Origin: a virus
Taxonomy: Duplodnaviria > Caudoviricetes
Direction: 5' to 3' (one strand)
Length of the DNA: 50,898 nucleotides
IMG/VR virus record: IMGVR_UViG_3300017913_001906
Coordinates: 1 to 50,898 of that record
This document shows, in pieces, positions 30,032 to 39,226 of the stretch; positions within the stretch are counted from its first letter, which is position 1; each line of letters starts with the position of its first letter. Below the pieces are notes generated by a model. The model did no database searches and was not told where the DNA came from. It was given only the letters and a program-made list of their open reading frames with translations. Position numbers and translations under genes: made by a program.

Positions 30032-30788
30032 AATATGCGATCCAGATGCAAATACTTTTGCAGACAAAGTAAAAATAAAACCTATAGAAGAACTTGAATA
30101 CGAATATACAAGTTTAGGTTCTGACGGTTATTGGACTGTATATGATCCTTTTTATGATAATGGATTTGAACTTATAAGAAATGTAATACAGAGTTTTCCT
30201 ATACAAAAAGACAATAGTAGAGAAGATAACAAAGATCCAAATCCATTTGATACTATACATATTCCAACTTGGGCAAGTGCGCCCGTATGTTTTTTAGTTA
30301 GAGATTTCTATATAAAATATATCACAGGTAATTTAGTTGAACCTAATCTAATGGAATGGGGAAATGTATATTTCAAAGACAGAACTAAACCTATAATTGC
30401 ACATAGATTGCCTCACATAGACAACCATGACGGAATGGTAGGAAACTTATGGTTCACAGATCACAAAGACGGCGGAACAGATTTGTTTAAGTTTAACGGT
30501 AAAATGATAAACGGTCATTACGATTTTATGGTAGATTACAATCACAGGCTACATCCTAACTATGAAACAATGATGAAAGAGGGTAGAGCAGATGAGTGGT
30601 TTAATTTTTCTTATGATGAATTAAAACGCTGGGGCTTTGAACATTTAGGTAGAGCACCTGCAAAAGAAAATACCATTACCATATATAAGGCAAGTACGTG
30701 TCATAGTGCATATATAGATACAAGCACTGACTTTAGATGGTCACATACATTTGCCTTTGCAAACAATAGGAGTATACATGCATCTTGA
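30021..30788 (+). CDS. Putative Fe(II)/2OG oxygenase ('EWGNVY' type); paralogue of 36359..37099
   Basis: PHID (HxD), NLW, GGT.LF, distal H (CHSA) and RWS. Confidence 0.7.
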   Translation: MKFKICDPDANTFADKVKIKPIEELEYEYTSLGSDGYWTVYDPFYDNGFELIRNVIQSFPIQKDNSREDNKDPNPFDTIHIPTWASAPVCFLVRDFYIKYITGNLVEPNLMEWGNVYFKDRTKPIIAHRLPHIDNHDGMVGNLWFTDHKDGGTDLFKFNGKMINGHYDFMVDYNHRLHPNYETMMKEGRADEWFNFSYDELKRWGFEHLGRAPAKENTITIYKASTCHSAYIDTSTDFRWSHTFAFANNRSIHAS

Positions 30789-31386
30789 TAGATATTTTCC
30801 TACACCTATTTGGTGGATGGATACTGAATTAGATTTAACAAAATTACTAGAATTATACAAGTTTTTAGAAGATGACGATCCTAAAGGTAGAGCATTAAGT
30901 AACTTTGGTGGATGGCAAAGCATTGATTTTTTACCAAGCGACTTTGAAGCATCTACTGATTTTGCAAATATGGTCGAACATTATGCAAATGATTGTTTAC
31001 AAGACTATGGTCTAAACACAGATAGATTCCAGCCTAAAATAAACAACATGTGGTTTAGTAATAACAAAGGCGGAGATTTTAATCAAGTACACATACACGG
31101 TGGATGTTTTATTGCAGGTACTTTTTATGTAAAAGTTCCAAAAATGAAAAACGGAGATGGAGAAATTATCTTTTACAGAAATCATTTCGAAGAACATTTC
31201 TTAGCAAGTGTAACAGGACAATATGATAACTATACTCCTTTGAGCGGAGTAACCGCTAGATATCCACCAAAAGCAAATAGATTAATAATGTTTCCTTCTT
31301 ATGTGCCACATGGTGTTTTGCCTAGTGGTACTACAGAAGATAGAATAAGTTTAAGTTTTAACATAAGGGTTGAAGAACGTGTATGA
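30778..31386 (+). CDS. Putative Fe(II)/2OG oxygenase (TIGR02466-like, HxH type)
   Basis: The likely start is 30778 (MHLDRYFPTPIW, SD AGGAG). Motifs: SN.GGWQS, N..HIH, G.FYVK.P, L.MFPSY.PH.V, DRISLSFN. Confidence 0.85.
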   Translation: MHLDRYFPTPIWWMDTELDLTKLLELYKFLEDDDPKGRALSNFGGWQSIDFLPSDFEASTDFANMVEHYANDCLQDYGLNTDRFQPKINNMWFSNNKGGDFNQVHIHGGCFIAGTFYVKVPKMKNGDGEIIFYRNHFEEHFLASVTGQYDNYTPLSGVTARYPPKANRLIMFPSYVPHGVLPSGTTEDRISLSFNIRVEERV

Positions 31387-32095
31387 TCATTTAGGTTCTG
31401 TACTTTTTAACCAAGTTAACTTCGAGTATGAAGACAAACCTGCATACTTTGAACAAGTTATACCTAGTGTAGAGAAATTAGCTAGTTGGGATAGCATACA
31501 ATCTTGTATGAACAATCCAGAATTCTATGACTTTGAACTTATTGATCAATACAATCAAAAAATTGAAATACCTGTTGAAAAGAAAGCATGGATAAACAAT
31601 AAAGTTGTACAACAAAAGCATTTTCTGTTTGACAAAGTTAAAAATGGTGCTACACTTATATGCACAAATTATGGATTTCAAAATGAATTTGTTTATGAAT
31701 TACTGAATACATTTGAAAAAATATTTGATGTTCATGCAGCCGCACATGCATACTGCGGATTAGAAAGCACAAAGTCTTTTACTATTCATGATGATTACCC
31801 TGCTAATTTTATTATACAAGTAGAAGGCACTACAAAATGGAAAGTTTTCAATAACAGGATAAGCTATTTGTTTGAAACAGGAAGAATGAATGGGCAGTTA
31901 CACGAAGATATGCTAGAAACTGCTATAGATATAGAAATGAAGCCAGGCGACATGCTGTATATTCCTAGTAGAATGTATCATTGTGCAACACCTGAAGATA
32001 AACGTATAAGCGTAAGTATTCCTTGTTGGAATAGATTGCCTTCAGACCAGCCAGGCACAGAAATAGACAGAAATAAATATTCAATATGGAGTTAG
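31370..32095 (+). CDS. JmjC/cupin-4 family (ribosomal oxygenase-like) protein hydroxylase
   Basis: SF..HDD..NFIIQVEG..KW.V, .PGD.LYIP...YH.A and RIS.S match the YcfD/ROX-like JmjC pattern. TTG start. Confidence 0.8.
   Translation: MKNVYDHLGSVLFNQVNFEYEDKPAYFEQVIPSVEKLASWDSIQSCMNNPEFYDFELIDQYNQKIEIPVEKKAWINNKVVQQKHFLFDKVKNGATLICTNYGFQNEFVYELLNTFEKIFDVHAAAHAYCGLESTKSFTIHDDYPANFIIQVEGTTKWKVFNNRISYLFETGRMNGQLHEDMLETAIDIEMKPGDMLYIPSRMYHCATPEDKRISVSIPCWNRLPSDQPGTEIDRNKYSIWS
32073..32079 (+). promoter_or_regulatory. Internal late promoter candidate (ATAAATA)
   Basis: Lies 19 nt upstream of the ATG at 32099, followed by GGAG, the same spacing as the other late boxes. AT-rich DNA makes a chance match possible. 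Confidence 0.4.
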
Positions 32096-32098
32096 ATA

Positions 32099-32707
32099 AT
32101 GTTTAAGCATGAAACAAAAGAATTATATGGTGTAATTCCTACAGAATTACAAAACAAATTGTGGGATATGATGCTTGGTATAGAGTTTGATTGGCATCAC
32201 TTAGCAGATACAACGTATGTCAATCCAACCACACCCGGGAAAGAAACACCAGGATTTGCTCATTTACTTTTTAACAGAGATACAAGTCACAAAAGTCAGT
32301 ACTTTGAAGACTTTGAACCTATTTTACTTAACACTGTTAAGAAGCTTGATGTTGAAATGACACAACTTATACGTATGCGTTTAGGATTTTTGTTGAATAC
32401 TAAGTATGCTTGGCCTAGTGATCCTTATTTGTACAACGAACCACATGTTGATTTTGAAGAAGATCACGTAACAGCATTATACTACTTTAACGAAAATGAC
32501 GGTAATACTTTTATCTTTGATAATGATGAACCTCTTGATCCAGCAAACAATACTGCAAGATGGAAGATTCACAAAGAATGTGTGCCAGACGTAGTAGGTA
32601 AAACAGTTGCATTTGACGGACGTAGATACCATGCAAGTACATGTCCGAAGATGAAAGAGCGTAGAATTGTTCTAACTATGAATTTCAAGACTACTATCGA
32701 TGAGTAA
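32099..32707 (+). CDS. Putative Fe(II)/2OG oxygenase; paralogue of 34645..35241
   Basis: PHVD, LYY.N..DG.TF.F, FDG..YHAS, R.V...NF. Confidence 0.8.
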   Translation: MFKHETKELYGVIPTELQNKLWDMMLGIEFDWHHLADTTYVNPTTPGKETPGFAHLLFNRDTSHKSQYFEDFEPILLNTVKKLDVEMTQLIRMRLGFLLNTKYAWPSDPYLYNEPHVDFEEDHVTALYYFNENDGNTFIFDNDEPLDPANNTARWKIHKECVPDVVGKTVAFDGRRYHASTCPKMKERRIVLTMNFKTTIDE

Positions 32708-33346
32708 ATGCAAGGATATAAAGATTCACACATAAGACCTTTTTTGCCTACAATCATCGCTGATGATTTTTTAGAGGCACCCGACTTATGGCGTGAATAT
32801 GCTCTACAACAAGAATATTTCAAAGGTGATAGAGGCACTTGGCCTGGAATACGCACTAACATGCTTAGTGATCTTAATCCTAATCTACACAACTTACTTC
32901 TAGAAAAACTTCTTAAAACAAATGGATTGTACACACGTATTGATAAAGCAGACTTTTCGTTCCAGCTTATAGATAAAAGTTATGGAGCAGGTTGGGTGCA
33001 TGACGATGATGATAAGCATACACTTGCTGGTGTAATTTATTTAAGCAAAGAAAATGATGTAAACAGTGGTACAACGATATATGAAAGACAAGAAGACTTT
33101 AATAGCCATAAGTATTTTGATGTTTTTTACAAAGATGTAACAGCAGAACCAGGACAAGAAAAAGATCAGTTTGACAAATATCGTGATGAGCATAAAAGTG
33201 CATTTAAAACTAGCATTGTTACAGAAGCAAGATATAATAGATGTATAATGTTCGATCCTAGGCAATGGCATAGTGCTGACAATTTCTTTGGAACTACAAA
33301 AGAAAACACAAGATTAACAATAGTATTTTTCTGCACAGGTGAATAA
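32708..33346 (+). CDS. Putative Fe(II)/2OG oxygenase (DUF6445-like); tandem paralogue of 33346..34032
   Basis: DDFL..PD, WPG.RT, GWVHDD, GVIYL, GTT.Y, YNR...FD...WHSA..FFG, RL..VFF. Confidence 0.8.
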   Translation: MQGYKDSHIRPFLPTIIADDFLEAPDLWREYALQQEYFKGDRGTWPGIRTNMLSDLNPNLHNLLLEKLLKTNGLYTRIDKADFSFQLIDKSYGAGWVHDDDDKHTLAGVIYLSKENDVNSGTTIYERQEDFNSHKYFDVFYKDVTAEPGQEKDQFDKYRDEHKSAFKTSIVTEARYNRCIMFDPRQWHSADNFFGTTKENTRLTIVFFCTGE

Positions 33347-34032
33347 TGGATATATTTGAACAAAAAAGTTTGCAAGCAGCTGATAAAATAAACGCAAACA
33401 ATCTTAAAGACAGATTAAAATATCCGTATTTCCCTACACGAGTAGTTGATGATTTTTTACAAGAGCCAGATCTGTGGAGATATTTTGCACTACAGCAAGA
33501 TTATCATTTCGCAGATAATGAAGCGTGGCCAGGCCAACGCACAGTATCATTAGGAGATTTAGATCAAGGACTTTTTGAATCTTTTGCAAAAACATTACTC
33601 AAACATTTGCCTATGTATGAAGGATTTCATAGACTAAATGCTTGCTTTCATATGATAGATGAAACATACGGCAATGGTTGGGTGCATGACGATGACCCTG
33701 ACAGCAATTTGAGCGGTATAATTTATCTGAATAAAGAAGCACCTAGGGGCTGTGGCACTACTTTTTACGATGATAGATGGGATACAGAAGCTGATTATTT
33801 TCATAACAAAATTAGACAAGACATATTAGAATGTGATGCAGATCAAAGGGTTGAAATGCGAACATATAGAGACAAGCAACGTGCTAATTTTACATCAAAT
33901 ATTACTGTAGAGAGCTACTGGAACAGAGCTATTTTATTTGATCCACGTACATGGCACAGCGCAGATAATTTTTTTGGTAAAACAAAAGAAACATCACGTT
34001 TGAATATAGTATTTTATGCAAAGGCAGGATAA
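33346..34032 (+). CDS. Putative Fe(II)/2OG oxygenase (DUF6445-like)
   Basis: Same motif set as the previous gene (GWVHDD, WHSADNFFG, RL.IVF); TAATG coupling. Confidence 0.8.
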   Translation: MDIFEQKSLQAADKINANNLKDRLKYPYFPTRVVDDFLQEPDLWRYFALQQDYHFADNEAWPGQRTVSLGDLDQGLFESFAKTLLKHLPMYEGFHRLNACFHMIDETYGNGWVHDDDPDSNLSGIIYLNKEAPRGCGTTFYDDRWDTEADYFHNKIRQDILECDADQRVEMRTYRDKQRANFTSNITVESYWNRAILFDPRTWHSADNFFGKTKETSRLNIVFYAKAG

Positions 34033-34652
34033 TGGAAAACACTGATTTAGGTTTCTTTTTTAATCAAGGGTTTGTAAAACATAAGATGCCAGACGATTTA
34101 TTTGCAAAGATCAAACAAGAATGCTATCGTATTAAAGAACTTAAAAATCATGAGCCTTATAATACACATAGATTAGAAAATGTAAGAGAAGAAACAGAAG
34201 AATATTTCATAGAATTAATTAATTTTTACAAAGAACAATACAATACGCAAGCAACAGACTTTCCGTTAGATATTGAGGATCCGTATCTACAAAATTTATG
34301 GGTAAATTTTCAGCGTAAAGGAGAGTTCAACCCACCACATACACATACAGGTAGTTATAGTTTTAACATTTGGGTTGACATTCCATACTATAATGCTGAA
34401 GAATTCAATCATCCAATGAGTGCATATAGTAACAAAATACGTCCAGGTGCTCTTAGTGGTTCATTTATGTTTCAATATACAAACATATTAGGTGAATTAA
34501 GAGATATGTACTATGAAGGTGATAAAACATACGAAGGATACTGCTTTTTATTCCCTGCAAAACTAACACACCAAGTGTTTCCGTTTTATAGTAGTGACGA
34601 ATTACGCATAACTGTATCTGGAAATATATCGCAAAGGAAAAACAATGGATGA
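34032..34652 (+). CDS. Putative Fe(II)/2OG oxygenase (HxH type)
   Basis: WVNFQ...EFNPPHTH, SF.IW..IP, FPA.L.HQVFPF, RITVSGN. Confidence 0.8.
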   Translation: MENTDLGFFFNQGFVKHKMPDDLFAKIKQECYRIKELKNHEPYNTHRLENVREETEEYFIELINFYKEQYNTQATDFPLDIEDPYLQNLWVNFQRKGEFNPPHTHTGSYSFNIWVDIPYYNAEEFNHPMSAYSNKIRPGALSGSFMFQYTNILGELRDMYYEGDKTYEGYCFLFPAKLTHQVFPFYSSDELRITVSGNISQRKNNG

Positions 34653-35241
34653 TATTTTTGAAGTACCTAATGTTATAGGTAAGACATATGCTAATGCAAT
34701 ACACGAAAGACTTATTAGTAAGAGCTTTCCTTGGTACTATAATGAACATATTGTATCACCAGATGTAGAATTAGATAATCCTGATATCAATCACTTTGGT
34801 TTTAACCATTTTATCTATGAAAATAGACAACCTATATCACCATACTTTGAGTTTTTACATCCATTAATTTGCCAAATACAAGATCATTTAAAATTAAGAC
34901 ACGAAGTAATTGAAAGATGTAGATTAAATTTGACATTACCTAAAGACAATGTAACTGCAAAATGGCATTTACCTCATGTAGACAGCTTTTTCCCGCACTG
35001 GAATGCACTTTATTATGTCAATGACAGTGATGGCGATACATTTGTGTTTGATCAAACCAATGAAAACTACGATAGCGGCGACGAAACACGTATTGTACAG
35101 GATGACTTTACAGTAAAACGCCAAGTGAAACCAGAAAAAGGCAAAGTTCTTATATTTCCTGGGCATTACTATCATGCAAGTTCGCATCCGCAAACAAGCA
35201 AACATCGAATAGTGCTAAACATAAACTTTTCGGAAATCTAA
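34645..35241 (+). CDS. Putative Fe(II)/2OG oxygenase
   Basis: FPWYY, PHVD, LYYVNDSDGDT, P.KG...FPG..YHAS, RIVLNINF. Confidence 0.8.
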   Translation: MDDIFEVPNVIGKTYANAIHERLISKSFPWYYNEHIVSPDVELDNPDINHFGFNHFIYENRQPISPYFEFLHPLICQIQDHLKLRHEVIERCRLNLTLPKDNVTAKWHLPHVDSFFPHWNALYYVNDSDGDTFVFDQTNENYDSGDETRIVQDDFTVKRQVKPEKGKVLIFPGHYYHASSHPQTSKHRIVLNINFSEI

Positions 35242-35768
35242 TGACAAAATATGAAATACACAAAAGCTGGCTTATAAAAGAAAATCAAGAACATTTTATT
35301 AGTGACTGTTATAGAGTAAAACAGCATTTTGAAACAATGTTTCCTGGTAAAGACGCTACATGGGACTACAAATACTACAATATTTTTAGTGCAACAAGTC
35401 CTAGTCCACTTTGGTATGATTTATTCAAAGAATTATGTGCAACTATACGTAATTTTGCTGGAGATGACCGGCCGCTTTGGGTACAAAGTTGGTTAAATTT
35501 CCATACTCCAGATCAAGTCCTTGATTGGCACGGTCATGATTGGCCATTTCACGGATATATTAGCATAGATCCTAAAGATACTAACACTGCATTCGAAGAA
35601 TATTCTATTGCAAACGAAATTGGTAGCATATATATTGGTCCAGGACATAGATTACATAAAGTTGAAGTAAATAATACGTATGAAGGACATAGAATTACAC
35701 TTGGTTTTGACGTTACTGATGAAATTGATAGACCATATGAAATGTTCTCAATGATACCGGTGTTATAG
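35241..35768 (+). CDS. Putative Fe(II)/2OG-type oxygenase (HxH type)
   Basis: W.QSWLN, WHGH, distal H (LHKV), RITLGFD. Confidence 0.65.
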   Translation: MTKYEIHKSWLIKENQEHFISDCYRVKQHFETMFPGKDATWDYKYYNIFSATSPSPLWYDLFKELCATIRNFAGDDRPLWVQSWLNFHTPDQVLDWHGHDWPFHGYISIDPKDTNTAFEEYSIANEIGSIYIGPGHRLHKVEVNNTYEGHRITLGFDVTDEIDRPYEMFSMIPVL

Positions 35769-36365
35769 ATGATTGATTATCCAATTTTATTAAAAAATGT
35801 TGTACCTCCAACAATCTGTAAATTTGTAAGTACAGAATTTAAATTACTTGCTGATGCAACAAATGCTATTGATCCAAAAATGGGATATGAACCTGGATTT
35901 GAAGATAGTTTTTGTGCATATTGTCCTCAATGTTTAGAAACACTGAGTGTATACTTACAGTCTACTGTTGAAAAGCAATTAGGTAAGACTTTATATCCTA
36001 GTTACAGTTATGGACGGCTATACAAACCAGGATCAGAGCTCAACAAACACTTTGACAGGCGTAGTAGTGAATATGTTATAAGTGTGTGCTTACAAAAAGG
36101 CACTGAAGATTGGGATTTAGTGGTAGACACACCGGACGGCCCACAGAGTTTTCTCATGAACGAAGGAGATATGGTACTATATAGTGGAAGAAAGTGGGCA
36201 CACTGGCGTGACGGCCCATATACAGGCACTGATCAGATACAAGCATTTATACAATACGTTGATGTATACGGAGATAGTGCTGATTTGAAGTGGGACAGCA
36301 AGCCTGCTATGTGTTTACCATTTGAATTTACTAAAGATTACGTAAAGGCTGAACTAAATCAGTAA
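35769..36365 (+). CDS. Putative Fe(II)/2OG oxygenase (PKHD/YbiX-like C-terminal type)
   Basis: LYP.YSY.R.Y..G..L.KHFDR, GD..LY.G....HWR, Q.F..YV. Confidence 0.75.
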   Translation: MIDYPILLKNVVPPTICKFVSTEFKLLADATNAIDPKMGYEPGFEDSFCAYCPQCLETLSVYLQSTVEKQLGKTLYPSYSYGRLYKPGSELNKHFDRRSSEYVISVCLQKGTEDWDLVVDTPDGPQSFLMNEGDMVLYSGRKWAHWRDGPYTGTDQIQAFIQYVDVYGDSADLKWDSKPAMCLPFEFTKDYVKAELNQ

Positions 36366-37099
36366 TCAATACAGAAAGCATGACTCCAACGCATAACAGT
36401 GTTCTTACTAATGTAAGGTGCATGAGGAATATTTGTATTGTACATTGTAACTTTACCAGTTTTTGCTGGCACACTTGCCAATAAATCAAATCCCCAATAG
36501 TTTGCTTCGTCTTTAGAAAAATTACGCCAAGGATTACGACTACAATCTGACAAATTTAACCATTCTTTGTTTAACTTGTGATTTTCATCAACCATAAAGT
36601 CGTATTTTTCGTTTATGATTTCACCTTTGTATCTATATAAATTTGTACCAGTTGGATTTTCGTCAATGTCTAACCATAAATTACATACAATTCCACCTGA
36701 ACTGTCTATGTGCGGTATACGCCATCTGTCAACAGGCATGCATCTGCCACGCAAATACACATTTCCCCATTCTCGCCACTTGTAAGGGCAAAAATTGTCA
36801 GTAAAATTTGTGTAAAATGTTTCTAGATGTTGGCAAAACGGTTCCCACACCCAAGGTGGAGTACTAATTGTGCTTAACGGATTAGGACTATACTCAGAAT
36901 TATTATTGTTTAGCCTGTTAATAGGGTAACAACTAATTATTTCTTTAAAGATGTCAAAATCTTCGTATGTACGAAAGGGATGATCTCCAATCCAGTAACC
37001 CACACCTTCATCTAATTCAATATATTCTAGTTTCCAGTCATTGAAATGTGCAAAATTGTGCTGATAACGATGTTGTTCTATTGGTAATACGTTAAACAT
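36359..37099 (-). CDS. Putative Fe(II)/2OG oxygenase ('EWGNVY' type); paralogue of 30021..30788
   Basis: LEY..L...GYW, PNP..TI..P.W, EWGNVY, PHID, NLW, YDFMVD.NH, WGF, H.Y, RWSH.F. Confidence 0.7.
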   Translation of the reverse strand: MFNVLPIEQHRYQHNFAHFNDWKLEYIELDEGVGYWIGDHPFRTYEDFDIFKEIISCYPINRLNNNNSEYSPNPLSTISTPPWVWEPFCQHLETFYTNFTDNFCPYKWREWGNVYLRGRCMPVDRWRIPHIDSSGGIVCNLWLDIDENPTGTNLYRYKGEIINEKYDFMVDENHKLNKEWLNLSDCSRNPWRNFSKDEANYWGFDLLASVPAKTGKVTMYNTNIPHAPYISKNTVMRWSHAFCIDY

Positions 37100-37105
37100 T
37101 GCAGA

Positions 37106-38575
37106 TCAAATATCGCCCATGCCGTGAAAGCCTTGTTTGACATATTCAAGAGCTTGTCTATGCTTCACCGGTGGATACATTGGAGGATACACTTGACATT
37201 GCTCGACAAAATCTTGCCTCCAGCTGTAATGTTCATCCCATCTTTTCTTGAAAACTTCTTGATCAAACAATCTTAATCCCCACAAAACTTGTGTAAAGTT
37301 TAAGAAGTTAAACATGATAAAAGGATTGTCTGCAAAATTTGCTTGGCTTGGTCCATATTTAAGAATTTGTGGTAATTGTTCTCTGTTGAAGTCTGTAAGT
37401 TTTAAATTTTCAGCACACCATCTCCAAAATTTACTGTCTCTTCTTTGATTGATGTAATGTACCTGAATAAAATCAATAATATTTTCAGCTATTTCGGACA
37501 TTGTTTTATTGTATTTTTGTGCCTGTATAGTATTTCCTACACCATACCCATTTAGTGCAACGCCCAAGCGGAATAATTGCTGTATAGTTGATCCTATACT
37601 GCTTGCTTCCAATGGTTCTACAAACATTCCTGCAAGTCCTACGCTAACACAATTTTTAATCCAAAATTCTTTTACATGTCCTGCACCAAATTTTATCTTT
37701 TTTCCTATTTCTACAGGTTCATCTACTTGCTGTTGTACTTCTTCCCAGGCTTGATCTTCGTTTATAAAGTCGTCACAAAATACATAACCATTTCCAAATC
37801 TTTGCTGAGTAGGAATACGCCACATCCATCCGCTTGATAGTGCTCTAGCTTCTGTATGGCTAGGTATATCTTCTTTGTATCCTGTAGGAAAGGCAATAGC
37901 ACTATTCATTGGTAATTTATCGCTACAGTCTATCCATTCAGCACCTAGTTTTGTGCTTATTAGTCTTTTGAATCCACTAGCATCAACAAAAAAACCACCT
38001 TTATATGTTTCCTTTTCACCTACTAATGTTGTTACGTGTCCTGTTTCGTCAAGTGTTACATCTGTAACAATATCATCTACTACTCTTACTCCACGTTCTT
38101 CACATATTTGAGTAAAATATTTGTTTAGTTTATTTGTATCAAAATGATATTGTGCAACAGTGTCAGTCCAAGGTGGTGCGTGTTCGCTACGCAAACTTAA
38201 TGGAAATACACTATGTAATGCATCTTCGCCTGCCGCTATATCATGCTCCATTAAAGGATAGGTTCCTGTAGCTACATCAAGCGCATAACCATCGTGCAGT
38301 GCATGCCAATATTCTGTGCCGTCTCCGTGCCAATTAGTAAATCTAATACCAGTCTTATATGTTGCATCTGTATTTTTAATGACATCAGATGCTTCAATGC
38401 CCAAATGTATCATCATTTGACGCCAGTGCTCAGTACTGCCTTCGCCTACTCCTATGATACCTATATCAGTGGAGCGTACAAGTGTTATGTTACTCATGGG
38501 AAATGTTCTCTGCAAGAACAACGCACTTAACAAACCAGCGGTTCCTCCGCCTAGTATAACATAATCTTTAATCAT
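37106..38575 (-). CDS. Flavin-dependent halogenase (tryptophan halogenase family), second copy
   Basis: 489 aa. It has GGGTAG, GVGEGS, DATYK (catalytic Lys position), DASGF, WMWRIP and FVEPLEASS. Confidence 0.9.
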   Translation of the reverse strand: MIKDYVILGGGTAGLLSALFLQRTFPMSNITLVRSTDIGIIGVGEGSTEHWRQMMIHLGIEASDVIKNTDATYKTGIRFTNWHGDGTEYWHALHDGYALDVATGTYPLMEHDIAAGEDALHSVFPLSLRSEHAPPWTDTVAQYHFDTNKLNKYFTQICEERGVRVVDDIVTDVTLDETGHVTTLVGEKETYKGGFFVDASGFKRLISTKLGAEWIDCSDKLPMNSAIAFPTGYKEDIPSHTEARALSSGWMWRIPTQQRFGNGYVFCDDFINEDQAWEEVQQQVDEPVEIGKKIKFGAGHVKEFWIKNCVSVGLAGMFVEPLEASSIGSTIQQLFRLGVALNGYGVGNTIQAQKYNKTMSEIAENIIDFIQVHYINQRRDSKFWRWCAENLKLTDFNREQLPQILKYGPSQANFADNPFIMFNFLNFTQVLWGLRLFDQEVFKKRWDEHYSWRQDFVEQCQVYPPMYPPVKHRQALEYVKQGFHGMGDI

Positions 38576-39174
38576 TATTTTACCTCTAATGTTGCTTTAC
38601 TGTCTGCAGCCATACTATGGTTTATTTTACCACTTGGCATAGTGTTGAAGCTGATTGTCCATCTGTTATAGTTTTCACTGTGGGGTACAGTGCTATGAAA
38701 CATCCAACTTGGAAATAAAACAAGTTTTCCAGGTTTTGCTTCTATCGGCTCCAATGGATCAAAATCTCTTTTTAGTATTTCTATTTGTGCATATTCAGCT
38801 CTATAGGGAACAGGATCTTGAAACAGTGTAGGAGCACCTTCTGTCATATAATACACTGCACTTAAATAACTCATACTATGTCTATGCGGCATATGTCTAT
38901 GATATTCTCCAGCATAATACACATTACACCAACTGCTTGTGATAGATAATTTATCACAATCTAGTTTTTCTTCATGTATAACTTCATCAAGACAACTATC
39001 AAACCAATCAAATAGCTTACTCCATTCTGCATCTCTATGTAAATCTCTTATAGAGCTACTTGCAGGGCCTACTGTGCCAAATTGTTCTTTCTTGCACAGT
39101 TCTATAAACTCTGATTGGTCAAAGTCATTGTTAAATACATATAAGTCTGTTGGAAATAATGGTAGTCTCTGCAT
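38575..39174 (-). CDS. Putative Fe(II)/2OG oxygenase (TIGR02466-like, HxH type)
   Basis: LFPT, SW.N, PHRH..S.LS.VYY, F.DP, G.L.LFPSW..H, R.TISFN; TAATG coupling to the halogenase. Confidence 0.8.
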   Translation of the reverse strand: MQRLPLFPTDLYVFNNDFDQSEFIELCKKEQFGTVGPASSSIRDLHRDAEWSKLFDWFDSCLDEVIHEEKLDCDKLSITSSWCNVYYAGEYHRHMPHRHSMSYLSAVYYMTEGAPTLFQDPVPYRAEYAQIEILKRDFDPLEPIEAKPGKLVLFPSWMFHSTVPHSENYNRWTISFNTMPSGKINHSMAADSKATLEVK

Positions 39175-39180
39175 TTGTGA

Positions 39181-39196
39181 TATTTATGAATAAATA
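39181..39196. promoter_or_regulatory. Back-to-back late promoter candidates
   Basis: TATTTAT-GA-ATAAATA gives ATAAATA on the minus strand (39187-39181) facing the oxygenase/halogenase operon, and on the plus strand (39190-39196) facing 39227. Confidence 0.65.
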
Positions 39197-39226
39197 TAGT
39201 AGCATACAACAGATCAGGATGAATAG

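Noticed and set aside
29447-39174. Some 2OG enzymes being radical halogenases (SyrB2/WelO5 type)
   Set aside because: All show HxD or HxH; none has the HxA/HxG substitution that frees a halide site.
26798-39174. Island as a DNA hypermodification or small-molecule biosynthetic cluster
   Set aside because: No methyltransferase, glycosyltransferase, TET/JBP-type context, NRPS/PKS or clear precursor peptide is visible, and the promoters look late. It is not fully excluded, since partners may lie outside the window.
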